Shown piece by piece: positions 61,860 to 64,000 of a stretch of 64,000 nucleotides of DNA. This DNA comes from Nemertoderma westbladi (lineage: Eukaryota > Animalia > Xenacoelomorpha): positions 1-64,000 of the forward strand of contig JAUCBJ010007289.1 in assembly GCA_032718475.1 (NCBI GenBank). The letters are read 5' to 3'. A model generated the notes under the pieces. The model made no database searches, was not told where the DNA came from, and was given only the letters and a program-made list of their open reading frames with translations. The first letter of the stretch is position 1. Every line of letters starts with the position of its first letter. The position numbers and the translations under genes were made by a program.

Positions 61860-63300
61860 CAATTCCTTCAACCAATTTCCGTAGTGCTGTTTGGGCTGTT
61901 GTTGACATATTTGGTCAAAGTCCATTTTGGATCCTGTGCAGTAGTTTTGCTCTATTTGAGGCCTAATTCTATATAGAATCATTTTGTTTTATTTTTTGGC
62001 AGTTAACACATGGAGACTGATCCCACGGTAGTTTGTTGGTATACCGAAGAATCCTTTCCTTTCATAGGGAGAGGCTTTGGTTGACTTTTAGTCCAAATTG
62101 GTGGTGGCTTTTAACCTTTCAGAATGATCTGTTTAGCACTAGGCCTACTGTTTTCCATAACTCTGCAGCGATTTCAGATAATCCACTCGCTTTATTATTA
62201 GACATGTTTAAGTGTTTCTCTGGAGTTCGGCAGGTGTATCTATCTATAATCGGCCAGCTGCATTGCAGCTGCATATTGAGATTCTGGCTTAACAAAAATG
62301 ATTTGCCACCACCATGCAATCCACAATTGACAAGCCCAATTCAGCGTGCGTTAAGAATGCTATGCCGGCTTATCAAGAAAGTTGTACAGCCACAACTCCC
62401 TATCCCCCATGACTTTCGCGAGATTGTCCTCAGCTTATCCTCATCCAGTGTCCTTTAAGAGGCGTCTAAAGAAAGTTATGAGCTGTCCACCCCCACCATG
62501 CTTATTTCCTCCATGGGGCTGTCAAAGTACTAGATTGTGCACGGCGAAAATAGTATCCTGCAAAGCTGAGGCGGCTTTATTCTAGTGTCAAGATTTGGGT
62601 AACTAATGAGACACTTCGAATGTTATATAGTGTCTGGTTGGATGGACCTAGACGCAGCCTTAACTGCCTTCTTAGCCGCTGTAGTCCGTTTGAGTCGGGA
62701 CTCTTTCTGTGCCTTAGTTAGATCGGCACTTCTAAATTCCGTGATCCGTCTAGGGGGGCCATTTTTCTGCTTCGAGTGTATACAGGAACTGTTTTTGCAG
62801 CTGCTACTGCCTCTGTGAAGGCAGTATAGCCGTCACAATAATCTGTTGCCTCAGATGAAAGGGCCTCATACCTGTTGTTCTGTTCTAATGTGAATCTGAG
62901 TTAGGCCTACTGCTTTCCATAACTCTGCAGGCCCAGGGATTTCATCAAATGCACCCTTTATTGTTATACATGTATTAATCTTTCTCTGGAGATCGGCAGG
63001 GGTAAATCCGCTCTCATTGTCATTATATTTTAATTTTAGGGATGACCTCGATGTTGGGTTGCTGCCCAAGCAAGTTACTGAAGCGATCTCTCCAATTCAC
63101 AACACGTTCTTCAGGTATATCAGTTTTAGCGAGACTTAGCGCAACTTTTCCAACCAGATACCACATTTACAGTTTGCCAGGCTAGGCCTGATTATGTAAT
63201 TGCTTCAATATTCTCTTGTATGTATTTGCCTGGCAATAATGTTAAGTTTGTATGCAACTTTGAGATCTTCATCTTTGACGATGTTTCCACTGTTGGTTGT
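61860..63300 (-). mobile_element. Nested decayed RTE fragments from two families
   Basis: 61960-62240 and 62900-63300 resemble 49620-50300. 62250-62740 resembles the 3' end and upstream part of 6182-8168 joined by an internal deletion. Confidence 0.75.
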
Positions 63301-64000
63301 TACATTTTTTTAAACACATGAACTGTTAGTGGTACCACACTGGATGGTGCTGGTTGGGTTATAGGATTTTGGGACGGATTCTAGCTGGAGGGTCGACAGA
63401 TTATTTAACTGTAACAAAATGTTGAGTTTCTTGATGCCCTTAGCGCGGTAGCCTGGAGATCGACAATATTCGCAACCATATGAACAATGAATATTTATTA
63501 TATTTATACGCTAACCCTCCCAACTCCACTCCACCCATCCACAACACTGACCATACCATACCACACACCATCCCTCTATATCTCCCCCCCCCCCTCCCCT
63601 CTATAACACACCTCCACCATACCCAACCATAATATACCCCACTACACCCTACGCATTGCTGTTCAACTAATTTTGTAGTGACAAATTAACTGAACCCAAA
63701 TTAATTAATGTAAATGATAATTCAACTAATTATTTCAACTAATTTTGAGGTGTTTAGTTAAATAAAAGTTGAAAATTCAACTAAAATTTAACTAAATACC
63801 AAAATTGCGAATATTTCAGGTAATCATAGCAACCGAGATGTAATTGGCGTTTCGCAACACGTTTTCATTTTCAATTTTCATATGATTAACACTATGTTAA
63901 CTTAACAATAGGTGTTATTACTTGTTATTGTTTAGAGAGCATTCAGTCGAGACTTTCAACGAGATGGTTCAGAACAGCCAAAGGACAAGGGAAAATAGAA

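Overview
AT-rich, repeat-dense eukaryotic (animal-like) DNA; the species cannot be determined from the sequence. Three conserved host genes are recognisable, each as one uninterrupted ORF: ECSIT (110-1531 +), CCDC57 (29175-31943 +) and RAB24 (34379-35038 -). Between ECSIT and CCDC57 is a head-to-tail segmental duplication (about 2834-13099 and 13103-28384). Its two copies carry different insertions, so each provides empty sites for the other. The main element is a young 11.3-kb BEL/Pao LTR retrotransposon (15746-27059, TSD CTCGC, near-identical 1241-bp LTRs) that encodes Gag and protease but lacks RT and integrase. It has no TGG tRNA primer-binding site. Instead, the 12 nt directly after the 5' LTR are the exact reverse complement of 12 nt inside the LTR, suggesting Tf1-like self-priming in a BEL/Pao lineage. 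Two diverged solo LTRs of the same family show conserved, partly covarying RNA stems. The remainder is RTE and CR1/L2-like LINE relics, MITEs, fold-back and Helentron-like elements, two tRNA-promoter-bearing insertions with inverted repeats and long TSDs, and minisatellites. All alignments and folds were done by eye, and boundaries without a stated TSD are approximate.
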